A stretch of DNA of 40,009 nucleotides, counting the filler, from an uncultured virus (IMG/VR IMGVR_UViG_2502082094_000001) (Duplodnaviria; Heunggongvirae; Uroviricota; Caudoviricetes). It is 6 parts of one record of this genome, joined end to end, with 100 filler letters (N's around TTAATTAATTAA, not from the genome) between each part and the next. Parts side by side here need not be neighbours in the genome. Positions count along the whole stretch, not along the records: positions 10,751 to 18,231 come from IMGVR_UViG_2502082094_000001; positions 18,332 to 24,859 come from IMGVR_UViG_2502082094_000001; positions 24,960 to 32,836 come from IMGVR_UViG_2502082094_000001; 3 more parts are not named here. One strand, given 5' to 3'. The translations under genes and the position numbers were made by a program. Shown one piece after another: positions 16,350 through 26,134 of the stretch (position 1 is its first letter; every line of letters starts with the position of its first letter). Below the pieces are notes generated by a model. It was given only the letters and a program-made list of their open reading frames with translations. It did no database searches and had not been told where the DNA came from.

Positions 16350-17012
16350 ATGCGTAGACCACTAGCAGATAAGAGACCTATAGGTCCATTTTTAGCTAGC
16401 AATAATGACAGTGTAGATTACATTGATACTAATGAAGTAGATTTTGATAATCGAGACTGGGAAAAACTAGAAGAGAATGATGTATCTGATCCATGTGTTC
16501 CTTATGTTCATATGTCACCTCCAATTGAGATTATTATACCTATGGAGCAGGCAAACCCAGTAGCACTGATAGATTATCCCGTATCTGATAAAGAGATATT
16601 TGAAATAGTATCAAATATAAACAGCAGAAATCAAGATCTGTTCATAGGAATACACGAGGCAGATAGCACCGACGCACAAAGGATAATGGAAGATGGTTAT
16701 TCAAAAAGCAAACTAGGTGAAAATACAATCTCTAACAATATTGACTTCAGAGAAAATGGCATATATACATGGCATACTATCTGGGATCTACACAATACAT
16801 ATGGTGATATGGCAGGTGTAGTGACCACATCTACCAGAGACAATCTTGTGGCCTCAGACATGGCTGCTTCTGTTACTATGTCCCCGGAAACATACAAGAA
16901 TAAATATAGTATGCCCTATAAACAATACATACAGTGCTTAAGAAAGTATGGGGCAACAGTCCCTATAGGCTTTGAAGAAGACATTATACAAGACATACCC
17001 CAGTCTATCTGA
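16350..17012 (+). CDS. RP-leader protein, possible ADP-ribosyltransferase-like fold
   Basis: MRRPLADKRPIGPFL; IHEA..AQRIMEDGY..NGIYTW. Confidence 0.6.
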   Translation: MRRPLADKRPIGPFLASNNDSVDYIDTNEVDFDNRDWEKLEENDVSDPCVPYVHMSPPIEIIIPMEQANPVALIDYPVSDKEIFEIVSNINSRNQDLFIGIHEADSTDAQRIMEDGYSKSKLGENTISNNIDFRENGIYTWHTIWDLHNTYGDMAGVVTTSTRDNLVASDMAASVTMSPETYKNKYSMPYKQYIQCLRKYGATVPIGFEEDIIQDIPQSI

Positions 17013-17124
17013 GTGGTTGCTACTCTCGCAGCGCATACTCAAGAGAAACGATTATAAGTGTTGGTTCTAGATTATACCTATGAGACGCCCACTTGCTGGA
17101 GAAAGAGGTTAAACGCCAAAGCAA

Positions 17125-17529
17125 ATGAACATAACACAAATAGAAGAACGAGCTGGTTTGCTTACTGAAGTTGTAGAAATACTTCCAGTGAGTGAAACAC
17201 AAGATCTGTACGGAGAACGTGGTAAACTAGTTTACATAAGACTCTCAGGCTCAGAGAAGATACCAAGAGCATTTAAGAGAACCAGAGCATTACAAAAGGC
17301 CGTAAGAACAGTTGGAACTATTAACATAGCTGTAGATTCAGTAAGCGATCTGTTTGATTTGGACAGAGAATCAATGCAGAGAGCATTTGATGTAGCAGAC
17401 GTGAAAAACCAAAGAAAGGTTGAAGAAGAGCAATATTTTAATAGAATAATTCCAGATGCTATACAAGAAAGAACGGATATAGGTAGCGTAGAAGTAATAC
17501 AATACGAGATACTAGTCAAAGTAGATTAA
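17125..17529 (+). CDS. hypothetical protein
   Basis: ORF track. Confidence 0.6.
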   Translation: MNITQIEERAGLLTEVVEILPVSETQDLYGERGKLVYIRLSGSEKIPRAFKRTRALQKAVRTVGTINIAVDSVSDLFDLDRESMQRAFDVADVKNQRKVEEEQYFNRIIPDAIQERTDIGSVEVIQYEILVKVD

Positions 17530-17561
17530 CATAAAAAGACCATTCGCAACCAGCAACTACC

Positions 17562-18221
17562 ATGTCAGACATTAGACCAAACGTAGAAGAAGTATTGGAG
17601 GTTAACGTAAAGTTAGAAACATCAGCAAGTACTGATGCCAGAGAAAGACTCACAGAAGCATTAGTGGACCAGATGCAGATTACCGTAGGTATAGTAACTA
17701 TAGGTGGTGAAGTCACATCTGACACCAACGTACAGGTCTTAGTTAGAAACTCTCAAGCATTCATTAATGTCTCGTCAATAGAGGAAGCAGTTAATGAGGC
17801 GTTTGGCTCAGCATATAGCACCAGAGGGGTTAATCTATCTCTTAGTAAACGAAGAATAATGCGTGGGCGAAGCGGTGGGCCAATCATTAGTAGAAGTGAG
17901 GAGACATTCAATATAAAGGCTCCGCTAGACAGAAATATAATAGTTGATGAAGGCAGTACGTTAGCGGATATAAGAGATGACATAAATGAGCTGCAAAAGC
18001 GGTTAGACAGAATGCTCCCACTGTCTATAACCGACTCTTTGTCTCTTGCACACGAGAACAACGACGGCGAAATAGAGATGTTTGCTGTAGAGTTCAGAAC
18101 TGACATGACTGATACCACTTTAAGAATACTAAATCTCTTGAAAGATGAGCTTAGACAAACTGACACTTTCAACTTCAACACTAATGCTATGACAGTCAGC
18201 GCAATGGAGGCAGAGCTATGA
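17562..18221 (+). CDS. hypothetical protein, apparently two small alpha/beta domains
   Basis: ORF track. Confidence 0.6.
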   Translation: MSDIRPNVEEVLEVNVKLETSASTDARERLTEALVDQMQITVGIVTIGGEVTSDTNVQVLVRNSQAFINVSSIEEAVNEAFGSAYSTRGVNLSLSKRRIMRGRSGGPIISRSEETFNIKAPLDRNIIVDEGSTLADIRDDINELQKRLDRMLPLSITDSLSLAHENNDGEIEMFAVEFRTDMTDTTLRILNLLKDELRQTDTFNFNTNAMTVSAMEAEL

Positions 18222-18811
18222 GAAGACCATTNNNNNNNNNNNNNNNNNNNNNNNNNNNNNNNNNNNNNNNNNNNNTTAATTAATTAANNNNNNNNNNNNN
18301 NNNNNNNNNNNNNNNNNNNNNNNNNNNNNNNGTATCCAAATTCAGACATAGATATAGATCTTTCAGACCACCCCACGCATGATGTCCAGTCAAACTCATA
18401 ACTATAGATACACGGCAGCGGAGACTGAATATACAAAATTCAGTCCTACAGTTTCAACCAATAGCTGAAGTAGATATAGAGTTTAAATGGCCAAAGGATA
18501 CAGCGTTAACTAATACTGGTGGTAGCATGTACTGGTCATATGAAATGTCTGAACCTATTAGCGAAGAGAAATTCGAGGAGTTTCTTGATAACGATACAGT
18601 AAGTAGCTTCTTTCCATCTAACTTTCAATTATCCGCCCGTGGAGACTCAATCTACACCCAGATAAAAAATAAAATTGATGTAAGACGTAGTAAGATGGGT
18701 CTTACTAGACAACGAGACTTTGCGTATGACGCATTGCTAGATAGTAACACTCCATCTCTTCCACTACGTAGCGGAAGGAGTTCAGATATAATTACTACTA
18801 TTGAGCCATGA
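18218..18811 (+). CDS. RP-leader protein start plus downstream coding fragment, interrupted by a gap
   Basis: ATG AGA AGA CCA TT (MRRP) at 18218 runs into N; coding resumes after 18332; they may not be the same gene. Confidence 0.45.
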
Positions 18812-19581
18812 TAAGACCATTTAAGAACAAAAGGCCGTTTGGCCCGTTTATAACAGGAAAAAGACTGCCATTCAGCTCTAGCAGTGTGAGCAGAGACTGG
18901 CAGTCAATGAGTAAAGACGAGCTTGACGCTCCATCAAGCTGGGACTGGCAAATTGATGATGAGTTAGCCCATTATGTCTGGCAGTCAACTATTGACTCTC
19001 GGTTTGTAGGCTTTGGCCCAGAACCTCCAATACTGCTTGAAGCATCTATGGGCTTCTTTGGGAACAAGAGTCTTTCTGATAATATCAATAACTGGTACTT
19101 TACTAGGAAAGAAGGCCAGTCTTTTGATGACCCTACTACATGGTGGCAAATAGGAAGGAAATTTGACACTGCTGAAGGAGATCCTGGTAGAAGCGATATA
19201 CTATATTCTACTGATACAAACCCACATCCATTAAGATCAAAGCTTCATGGTCAGCAATATACGTCTAACGGTGGTATGTTTACTTATGACTTTGAGCAGT
19301 GGCAAGGAGAAGAGCCCACGGGGATGATGCGGATTCCAGTGACTCGTGGATTGCTTGATGAGCTTAGAGATGACATAGATTCTACGCCATTTGAACAGTT
19401 CCAGATGCAATTTAGAACATACAGGGGTCAGTTTGCTGACGGGCCTGCCCCCACAGGAGACTTTGCTCATCCACACTTCAGACCATACCAAGATACTACC
19501 CAAGAAGATTATAAAGAATTATTCGACATAGCATTTGATTATATGAAGAGATCAGTTAGAATGGAAAATAGCAATATGTGA
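18808..19581 (+). CDS. RP-leader protein
   Basis: MIRPFKNKRPFGPFI. Confidence 0.7.
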   Translation: MIRPFKNKRPFGPFITGKRLPFSSSSVSRDWQSMSKDELDAPSSWDWQIDDELAHYVWQSTIDSRFVGFGPEPPILLEASMGFFGNKSLSDNINNWYFTRKEGQSFDDPTTWWQIGRKFDTAEGDPGRSDILYSTDTNPHPLRSKLHGQQYTSNGGMFTYDFEQWQGEEPTGMMRIPVTRGLLDELRDDIDSTPFEQFQMQFRTYRGQFADGPAPTGDFAHPHFRPYQDTTQEDYKELFDIAFDYMKRSVRMENSNM

Positions 19582-19613
19582 CCTTTATATATGAGGAAAA
19601 TCAAGTAAGTTAC

Positions 19614-19961
19614 ATGGAGCGACCACTTGCTGAACTCAGACCGTTCGGGCCAGTGATGTTTAGTCAGAATACTATGCCAAGACCAGAGCCCCCTGAGGCT
19701 GGGAGGCGTGAAAGAAGGAGTAAAGAAGAGATAATGGAGTTTATGGATATGGCATATGACCACCCTTGGACAGAGGAATATGCTAGAGAATACTTTAGAG
19801 GTATAGCTAATATGGATCCAGATAGTAACCCAGAGCACGTTAACTTTATGAAAGTATCAGCTGCTGCTGGTATTATAGGAAGCGACAATCTTGAGTCCCG
19901 GCGTAGTCCAAGCGAAATAGCAGAAATGTACATAGAAGAAAGAAATATAAACGTTCCCTAA
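19614..19961 (+). CDS. RP-leader protein
   Basis: MERPLAELRPFGPVMF; TATA (TTTATATA) about 25 nt upstream places the start at 19614. Confidence 0.75.
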   Translation: MERPLAELRPFGPVMFSQNTMPRPEPPEAGRRERRSKEEIMEFMDMAYDHPWTEEYAREYFRGIANMDPDSNPEHVNFMKVSAAAGIIGSDNLESRRSPSEIAEMYIEERNINVP

Positions 19962-20208
19962 TACAGAGCACTAAAACATGTCGTTCCTAAACATGGGGTA
20001 GCGTGCCGTGATATGGTTCTGCGTATTAACCGCATTCTGCCCATTCAAATCGGCAGCCTCAGGCCCTGTACCGCCGGTTTTCAACACCCAAACACCCGCG
20101 CCGTGTGGTATCCTGTATCTCAATTTCACCCAAGACAGTACTAAATTACAGATCTAATTTACATTCTGTTCCCACAATTTTATACCACGATACTGCGTAC
20201 AGGTATAT

Positions 20209-20541
20209 ATGGATACTCAAGAGTTTAAAGAAGTAATGGGTAGATTGAGACAGGGTGGAAATGATATATTATTTACTCCAGAACTTATCCGTCAAACTTC
20301 TTCTAGTGCTAGAATGGATATGAATATTCAGACATGGGTGTATGAAGTAGATGCTGTTAATGAGATTGTAGCGAGAAACCGCGTTCGTTCATATGCTAGA
20401 CGCAATAACCCTAGAGTCAAAAACATACTAGAACCTAAAATAGACTCAGTTGAAGACACTGAACAAGGCACACTAAGACAATACTTTCCGAACACATTTA
20501 AGCTAAGTAGGTACGAGGTTAAAGTAGTTGTTTCGGTATAG
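20209..20541 (+). CDS. hypothetical protein (family with 28725 and 30695)
   Basis: ORF track; start conserved in the second variant at 39945. Confidence 0.7.
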   Translation: MDTQEFKEVMGRLRQGGNDILFTPELIRQTSSSARMDMNIQTWVYEVDAVNEIVARNRVRSYARRNNPRVKNILEPKIDSVEDTEQGTLRQYFPNTFKLSRYEVKVVVSV

Positions 20542-20573
20542 AGTGTATCAACAGAGCACTCGACCGATACCGT

Positions 20574-20589
20574 GAAAACCTTTTTATTG
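20574..20589 (+). promoter_or_regulatory. BRE-TATA promoter
   Basis: GAAAACC-TTTTTATT. Confidence 0.5.
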
Positions 20590-20635
20590 TAAGCCGACAT
20601 ACTTATCGTGAGAGCAACAAAAGGAGACAGATACA

Positions 20636-21004
20636 ATGTCAATATTTGAAACTCAAGTAAAAGACGTAGCAGAGAGAAGTGACTCGAACCCCCTTGAACT
20701 CGTAAGCAGATTCACTTACGTAAATAGCGATGACGTGGAGAGCAACACGGCAACAGTTACAGCTAGTGCTGGAGAAGTAGTAATTATTGAAGGAGGCGAC
20801 CTAGCAGATGCAGATACCATCAACGTTGAGCTTGCAGAGGAAGCTCCGCCTAACTCAAAGGTTATAGTCAACGGAGTAGGTGGAGGAAGCCATACAATTA
20901 GTGTCTCTTCTCCCGGAGATCCAGGTATAGAGGGGACTACTGACCCAGGCACTGAGGCTTCGATTACGTATCTGTCTGACGGCAGCGATTACTACGAAAT
21001 TTAA
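20636..21004 (+). CDS. beta-rich candidate virion or fibre protein
   Basis: ends ITYLSDGSDYYEI, a pattern reminiscent of small phage fibre domains. Confidence 0.5.
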   Translation: MSIFETQVKDVAERSDSNPLELVSRFTYVNSDDVESNTATVTASAGEVVIIEGGDLADADTINVELAEEAPPNSKVIVNGVGGGSHTISVSSPGDPGIEGTTDPGTEASITYLSDGSDYYEI

Positions 21005-21065
21005 GCCAGCAGTCTTTTGCGGTAATTTTTTAACCCCCGAGCAGGTATATATAAATGTAAACAGT

Positions 21066-21556
21066 ATGCTAGACCAGCTTCCACCTCAGACAATTCCGGT
21101 TGTACTAGGACTGATAGCTATATTGGCGTCTTACTTTGGAGGTAAGTATAAAAAAGGCAAGCTAGAAACGAATCTGAGAGATTTACTTAGAGAAAATGAC
21201 GTATTCCCTAGCCCAGAAGTAGTAAAGCATGATAGCTCGTTCATTGAGAAATCATTAAAGGATAATATAGATAACTACGACGAGAGTCCAGTACCATTTA
21301 AGCTACACACTTCAGATTCAACTTATTACGTGCCTACCTCTAAGGCAACAATGGAAGAGGCGAAGACATTCAATATATTCGAGTATCTTCCATACAGACC
21401 AGATAGGTTTGACTGCGAAGACTACGCCGCAGCCTATATGACATTTGTTTCATTCTTCTTCGGCAGTAATGCAGTTGGAACTGTATATGACTTTGGTGCT
21501 GGACATGCTTATAACATCATTCTCTACTCTGACGGCTCGATGGAGCTCTATGAGCC
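21066..21556 (+). CDS. membrane-anchored transglutaminase/papain-like Cys protease candidate, truncated by a gap
   Basis: N-terminal hydrophobic helix; FDCEDYA, HAYN, LYE. Confidence 0.65.
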
Positions 21557-21679
21557 NNNNNNNNNNNNNNNNNNNNAAGTTATCTAGAGAATGTAGTAAA
21601 CTAGGTTATAAATCTATGGCAGATAGCAAGTTCTGGATGGCTAGTTTTATACCGTGTGAGTCCATATAAACAACTAAGA

Positions 21680-22597
21680 ATGGCAGAATCCCCCACGGTA
21701 ACGGATACTGTAATAGATAACCTGATAAGAGCTAAAGACTTTCGTATGGCTACAATAGATAGATTTAAGGCTCAGAGTAAGATCGAGCCACTTGGGTTTA
21801 GACAAAGAATGTTAAACAAAATGGGTACATTGAATAATAAGGCACCCGTTACTAAACGCATTATACAAAGCGAATTAAGCCAAGAAGACTTTCCAAGCCA
21901 TGTATCACTTACCCCAGATGGCAACAGACGCTGGGCTAGCGCAAGAGGTCTATCTGTAGGAGAGGGATACGCACAAGGAGCTGAAGTGATTAAAGACTTC
22001 CGCAGATGGGCAATAGTAGATAACTCTGTAGATACTATATCAACGTTTTTAATGTCCACAGAGAATATAGAACGTCGTCCAGAAGATGAATTAGCACAGT
22101 TGTATACTGTATTCACTGAGTTCTTCAACGGTATTGCTGAAAACGATCTAGTACATAATGAAGGTATAAGACATGAAGTACGTGGGAACGAGGATGTGAT
22201 ACAGCGATTGCCAGAGAAAGTACAAAATAGTATTGATGTGATGGAAGACGCTACAGATTCATACGTGGATAAGAAAATGGTGTTTCTGTTAGGGTATGGT
22301 GGCAGAGACGAGATTGTAAACGCTGCCAGACAGACACCCCGTGGAGGATCACAGATACAAGTTAGTGGTGAGGGAGAAGATGACAGTCAATTTAGACAAA
22401 ATCTGTTAGTTGGAGATCTGCCTGATGTTGACTTATTCATACGTACTAGCGAAAGACGGCTTTCCAACTTTATGCTATATGAGAATGCTTACGCAGAGTT
22501 TATATTTAAAGATATTATGTGGCCAAGCTATACAGAGAGCGACTTTTATCAAGACATATATGCTTACAGCAATAGAGACCGGCGCTACGGTGTATGA
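21680..22597 (+). CDS. uppS: cis-prenyltransferase (UppS family)
   Basis: PSHVSLTPDGNRRWA, STENIERRP, DLFIRTSERRLSNFMLY, YAEF, WPSY, RDRRYG. Confidence 0.93.
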   Translation: MAESPTVTDTVIDNLIRAKDFRMATIDRFKAQSKIEPLGFRQRMLNKMGTLNNKAPVTKRIIQSELSQEDFPSHVSLTPDGNRRWASARGLSVGEGYAQGAEVIKDFRRWAIVDNSVDTISTFLMSTENIERRPEDELAQLYTVFTEFFNGIAENDLVHNEGIRHEVRGNEDVIQRLPEKVQNSIDVMEDATDSYVDKKMVFLLGYGGRDEIVNAARQTPRGGSQIQVSGEGEDDSQFRQNLLVGDLPDVDLFIRTSERRLSNFMLYENAYAEFIFKDIMWPSYTESDFYQDIYAYSNRDRRYGV

Positions 22598-22838
22598 TCT
22601 TACGTGAAGACCCACGGAACGGAGGGTCAAGCGATTGCTGCGACAATTAATGTTAAGAGCCTCTACCTCTACTAAGAACGTATTACTTCTACAGCTATAG
22701 TATATACATGTATACGTATAAAGGTTACTGTTTTAACCTTCTTAACGCTCTAACATTAATGTTTCGCAGCACGCAGCGACACACCAATGGAGCAAACAAT
22801 AGTTTTATATGGTAGCGTGCCGATGCACTAAGCAACCA

Positions 22839-23162
22839 ATGGATAGAGTGTTCAGATCCAATAAAGATTGTACACTTAGAGTTAAATATAGATACAGAAC
22901 AAGAACTGGACCAGTAGAAAGTATCCCATCACTCAAAGAGTCCGTCCGTGTGGAAGCATCTAAAGATGTGCCAGTATCAAATGTAAGTATAAACGTAGGC
23001 AGCGAAGACTTTGTAACCGAAGTGGCTTTAGATATAGATCAAAAGAACTTCACTGATGAAGATGAAGATAAAGTAAAGGGTGCTGTTGGAAGAGCGTTAA
23101 TAGCAGGTGGCACAGAGAGACTTAACTTCGAGAGTTATGAGTACACTGTTGTCTCTAGATAG
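22839..23162 (+). CDS. hypothetical protein
   Basis: ORF track, start uncertain. Confidence 0.5.
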   Translation: MDRVFRSNKDCTLRVKYRYRTRTGPVESIPSLKESVRVEASKDVPVSNVSINVGSEDFVTEVALDIDQKNFTDEDEDKVKGAVGRALIAGGTERLNFESYEYTVVSR

Positions 23163-23224
23163 TCTGTCTCCCCCAAACATTATAACCTAGGGCAGTTTAT
23201 ATAAATCCAAGGTAAGTAGATAGT

Positions 23225-24603
23225 ATGCCAGCAAACTCACTAAGTGTTGAAAGCAGAGAATTTACCAAGTTCAATGCTTCAAGACGCCAAGGTAGAATAG
23301 ACATAACAGGTAAATATACTGTATCTGTCTCTAATGGTGGCTTCTTTCCTGTATTCGGTGCTACACTAAATGTAACTTCACTAAAATCACCAGAGAATGA
23401 AATAGAGCTAATAGCCCAAGAGACAGCATCTCTTGGGACTATATCAGGAGCCAAACTTCAGAAGCAAGCATCAAATTCAATGTAAGCGCTCCTGAAGGAG
23501 ACATTAGCTCATTTGCGTCTGAGGCATGTAATAATTCTAGTGTATCAGTCTTAGCTCAAGAGAATGTAGCTGGCCCCCTTCTTGCTATTGCTTTTGACGA
23601 GTCCTTTCAAGTAGCATCTAGCTCATCCTCATGTGATCTGGGGAGTGGCGGAGGCTCTAGACCCAGTCCAGAGCCACCAGACCAAGATCCACAACCTCCT
23701 GGAGATCAACCTCCTGAGCAGGGAGCACCAGAAGCCGGTACTATATCTGGCCCAGATGAAATACAAGCAGGGACTCAAGCGAACTTCACATATCAAGGAG
23801 GCCCTGATGACATTGCGGCTTACAACTGGAACGTTAGTCCAAGCAACATAGCTCAAACTAACCAGCGTGGAAGCACACTCGAAGTAGAGTTTGACTCCGG
23901 TGGAAGGGATGCAGTAATAAGTGCATCTGCTACTACGTATGACGACAGAACTACTCCAACTAGCCAAAAGACAGTAACCATTCTAGGCAGTGGCAGTGGA
24001 GGTACTGGTGGAGGAGAAACTCCGCCTAGCGATATATCCATATCAGGGCCTGAAAATACGTTTGTCAACAGTCTTGAGAGGTGGCAAGCAGAAGCTCCAT
24101 CAGGCGTAAACACGGCAGAGTTAGAGTGGGATATGGATGATGGGACAACCTTCTCCGGAGTGTCTGTAACTCACTCATACAGTGAAGAAAGACCATATCT
24201 GATTACCCTGAGCTACCAAGGCCAAGAAGTAGATGATCTAATGGTTGATGTTGCTGAAGAGCCTGTAGCGTCAGGTGGGATTGAAGGTCTAGATGCACTT
24301 AACGAAGGCCAACGATACACCTTCACCTATGAGGATCAGGGTGACTACGGCGTATCAACTCAAGTGTACTGGACATTTGGAGATGGAGAAAATGATGTAG
24401 GACAAGAAGTACAGCATACATACGATGATACTGGTGACTATGAAATGAGAGCAGAAGTCAGAGAGCTTGGAGGAGCAGGAACAGTCACCCTTGAAGAAGA
24501 TGTGATGTACGTTACTGTACAAGAACCAGTACGTGGAGGGCTAAGTGCAGGTGGCGTCCCATCAATGTCAGAAGCCGCACAACAACAGAAGAGAGAATAC
24601 TAA
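23225..24603 (+). CDS. Ig/PKD-domain protein 1, fragmented by probable frameshift errors
   Basis: N-domain VSNGGFFP, Pro-rich linker, PKD motifs WDMDDG..VTHSY and WTFGDG..HTYDDTGDY. Confidence 0.7.
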
Positions 24604-24604
24604 G

Positions 24605-25481
24605 ATGCCAGGTTACAACTTGGAAATTAAAGAACAGTCTGTCTCCGGCATGAAGGCAACAGAGCCTTCAGACAAAATGAATGTAACCGGGACGCTTGAA
24701 ATTAAAGTAGCAAATAATGGGTTAGTTCCTACATTCACATTACTACAGATCTCAGAGTTTAAAATAGAGAACATGTAGTAATTGAAAACAAGTATATAAC
24801 AGTTGGAGTACTATTTGGCGAAAGCAAGTCCAAGTAGAGTTTGACACCAGTTCATCAGANNNNNNNNNNNNNNNNNNNNNNNNNNNNNNNNNNNNNNNNN
24901 NNNTTAATTAATTAANNNNNNNNNNNNNNNNNNNNNNNNNNNNNNNNNNNNNNNNNNNNTCAGTGGACGTTGAAAATGTACAGGAACCCAACTTTGGAAG
25001 AGTAGACTATGAATGGTACTATGGAGATGGAGAGTCTCAGATAGTACATGCAGCTGAAGGGGGTCAAACAACATCTCACTCATACGCTAATGCTGGAACT
25101 TACACAATACTAGCCCAGGCTGTAAGTCTTGGCAGCGGGTTAGAGAGAAATGTAATAGGTGAGGATACTTTAAACGTGGAAGTAGAAAGAGGGGAGATTG
25201 ACCTTGAGACTGGACAGATTGAGGGACCAGCTGAACCAGTGCTTGGGCAAGAAGAAGAGTACTCATACGAGGATGAGGGCACTTACGGCGTATCTGTACA
25301 GAGATACTGGAGCTTTAGTGATACTGACGAGAATGAAGTTGGACAGACTATAACCCACACATTTGAGGAAAGCGGAGAGCAAACAATAACTTGTGAAATT
25401 AGAGAAATAAACCGTGGAGGGACAATCACGCTTGAGGAAGACACCATGACAGTGGACGTACAAGATAACAGTTGGTTCTAA
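24605..25481 (+). CDS. Ig/PKD-domain protein 2, interrupted by frameshift and gap
   Basis: VANNGLVP N-domain; WYYGDG..HSYANAGTY; last domain similar to that of protein 1. Confidence 0.6.
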
Positions 25482-26134
25482 TGAGAATTACTACTCAGTC
25501 AGCTATCGATATTTCAGAGTCACTAGCATCGTACATGCTTGCTTCTTATATATCTCACGAAAATGATCAAGACGTAAGCTTTGAAAAGCGCATGGGGTAT
25601 GTAGATACAGGGAAATTCTCAAGAGCAGACATATACTACTCTGGCAAAGACATGGGTATAGAGGTGAAAAGTCTTGCTCACGGCAGCGGAGCACTAAAGG
25701 GAGTTATTCAAGCATCCATGTACAAAGAACAAGTAGACAATGGTGTGTTCTGTATCCAAAAACCGCGCCGGAAGTCTCTAAGAGACACCCTAGAGGGCAT
25801 GTGTACTTCATACGGGGTGGGCCTAGTTTACATACAAGGGATACCATCTATCTGCTCAAAAGATACAATTGAGAAAGCTACCGGAGGCTGTACTAAACCA
25901 TTTGAACTCTGGAAATCAGGCACATATAGAAATACAAGACTTAATATAATATCGAACAGTCAGACTGAATGGATAGAAGAATATATAGTTACGTTAGATC
26001 GGGTTATAGAAGAGTATAGTGACGATATATTCAATTTCAAGATAGAACCTGATCCAAGCACTCCAGGATTAAACGAGCTACATACGGAAGAGCAATCAAG
26101 TACCCAACACCCGTCCGTGTTGGAGTACAACTAG
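25481..26134 (+). CDS. PD-(D/E)xK nuclease-like protein
   Basis: RADI..GIEVKS..GVIQASMY. Confidence 0.7.
   Translation: MRITTQSAIDISESLASYMLASYISHENDQDVSFEKRMGYVDTGKFSRADIYYSGKDMGIEVKSLAHGSGALKGVIQASMYKEQVDNGVFCIQKPRRKSLRDTLEGMCTSYGVGLVYIQGIPSICSKDTIEKATGGCTKPFELWKSGTYRNTRLNIISNSQTEWIEEYIVTLDRVIEEYSDDIFNFKIEPDPSTPGLNELHTEEQSSTQHPSVLEYN

Noticed and set aside
16350..16394. RP leader as a twin-arginine (Tat) signal
   Set aside because: RR is not conserved (ER, IR variants) and no hydrophobic h-region follows.
23440..23640. Programmed frameshifts or pseudogenes (also near 3045, 6976, 15700, 24770, 35815)
   Set aside because: Breaks sit at short homopolymers or contig ends in a draft assembly; sequencing error is the simpler explanation, though not proven.
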